A stretch of DNA of 45,935 bases from a virus (taxonomy: Duplodnaviria; Caudoviricetes): positions 1 to 45,935 of IMG/VR virus record IMGVR_UViG_3300032254_000010. One strand, 5' to 3'. The notes under the pieces were generated by a model. It was not told the DNA's origin and did not search any database. It saw only the letters and a program-made list of their open reading frames with translations. This document shows, one piece after another, positions 45,011 to 45,935 of the stretch. The position numbers were made by a program, and so were the translations under genes. How positions within the stretch are numbered: position 1 is the first letter of the stretch; every line of letters starts with the position of its first letter.

Positions 45011-45270
45011 TTCTTCTTACGTTTAGCAGTCTTAGTTCTAGAGAAAGATCTATTTTTACTTGGCGACTCTTTCTTTAAATTAGACTTCTTGTTGTTAGAT
45101 GTATTATTATCTTTATGAGCAATATCTTTACCATCTCCATTACCATAGGTTCCAGAGTCACGATTAGCCTTATTATTCTTAGCTCTTTGCTTCTTAGCCT
45201 TTGGCTTTGAATGGTAGTTATCGTACTCTTTACGGTAATTACGTTTTTTCTTAGCTTTCTTCTTCGGCAT
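45007..45270 (-). CDS. Highly basic protein with degenerate HNH-like motif
   Basis: RNYRKEY...GDGKDIAHKDNN..NN..SNL....S.NRS; ATG at 45270 after RBS GAGG. Confidence 0.65.
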   Translation of the reverse strand: MPKKKAKKKRNYRKEYDNYHSKPKAKKQRAKNNKANRDSGTYGNGDGKDIAHKDNNTSNNKKSNLKKESPSKNRSFSRTKTAKRKKK

Positions 45271-45808
45271 TTTCAACCTCCTCATCTACTGGAGTCATAG
45301 CCTCAACTTCTAAATCTTCCTGAGCTTGTTGTACTAATCTCTGGGTTTCAGTTTGCTCAAAAATAGCTATGTTCTCTTTAACTAGATCGTATCTTTCTAT
45401 GTTTAAGATATCCTCAACCATTAATGCTAGTCGTTTATTACTGACATGAGGAGCAATAGCTTGGCCTAATGGAGAGTTAAAGATACCATTAATGTTCTGC
45501 ATTAACTGAGCCTGTGCGGCAAAATGTCTTGCTCCAACAGGTCGTAATTTCCCACGAGAAACTAAATCTTCTTTAGTAATATCTACAAAAGTCTCGACAC
45601 CTAACTCATCATCGATAACACGTATAGTATCAGAACCATTAAGTTCCCTACGAGCCATTTCAAGCATGTTATTCAAGAGATCGTCCATCATGACCTCGAA
45701 TGCGGTAGCTTTCTCTTGGAAAATCCGTCCAGCTGCATTATCTAACTGTTGGACTTCAAATGCAGTTTTCTCGCCTGGAGTTCTAACGCCCATTGCTTGT
45801 TTAGGAGC
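45251..45808 (-). CDS. Portal protein, C-terminal part
   Basis: MEEMAGAP..AMG.RTPGEKTAFEVQQL.NAAGRIFQ; in frame with 1..1215. Confidence 0.85.
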   Translation of the reverse strand, partial: APKQAMGVRTPGEKTAFEVQQLDNAAGRIFQEKATAFEVMMDDLLNNMLEMARRELNGSDTIRVIDDELGVETFVDITKEDLVSRGKLRPVGARHFAAQAQLMQNINGIFNSPLGQAIAPHVSNKRLALMVEDILNIERYDLVKENIAIFEQTETQRLVQQAQEDLEVEAMTPVDEEVENAEEES

Positions 45809-45935
45809 ACCAGCCATTTCTTCCATTGTTTGCATCAGAGATTGAATCTGGAAATCTGCATTTAATGCTGTAGCATCTAGCTTCATCATCTCTACATCAC
45901 CATCTTCACCTACATCAATCTCAGCATTGGGGCCC
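45809..45935. repeat. 127-bp terminal direct repeat (copy 2)
   Basis: Identical to 1..127. Confidence 0.95.

Noticed and set aside
1-45935. Genome-wide stop-codon reassignment
   Set aside because: All core genes are open under code 11, TGG is used for Trp, and both TAA and TGA terminate coupled genes

Overview
This window is a complete, circularly permuted genome of a lytic podovirus-type phage of about 45,808 bp. Bases 1-127 repeat exactly at 45809-45935 inside the portal gene, which looks like an assembly overlap. Two arms diverge from a non-coding, repeat-rich region at about 5.7-6.45 kb and converge at about 28.78 kb. The + arm carries early genes, T7-like primase-helicase, a family A DNA polymerase in three pieces, an ECF-like sigma factor, SSB, 5'-3' exonuclease, endonuclease VII, a phosphoesterase and class II RNR. 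The - arm carries a tailspike, TerS/TerL, portal, scaffold, capsid, tail tubular and internal virion proteins, and lysis genes. The layout resembles Zobellviridae (SIO1/VpV262/cobavirus-like), which is an inference. The most notable observations are: (1) an integron-like array of attC-type sites flanking three small gene cassettes at 13.99-14.86 kb, with no integrase in the genome; (2) a tRNA-Glu(UUC) carrying a 46-nt hairpin insertion in its D-loop; (3) a 137-nt tRNA-like, CCA-ending structured RNA just downstream of the cassette array; (4) the three-way split polymerase with unrelated ORFs inserted at domain boundaries; (5) a LapG-like protease next to an M28-type peptidase; and (6) several gene remnants, in-frame stops and dispersed repeated promoter-like or inverted elements.
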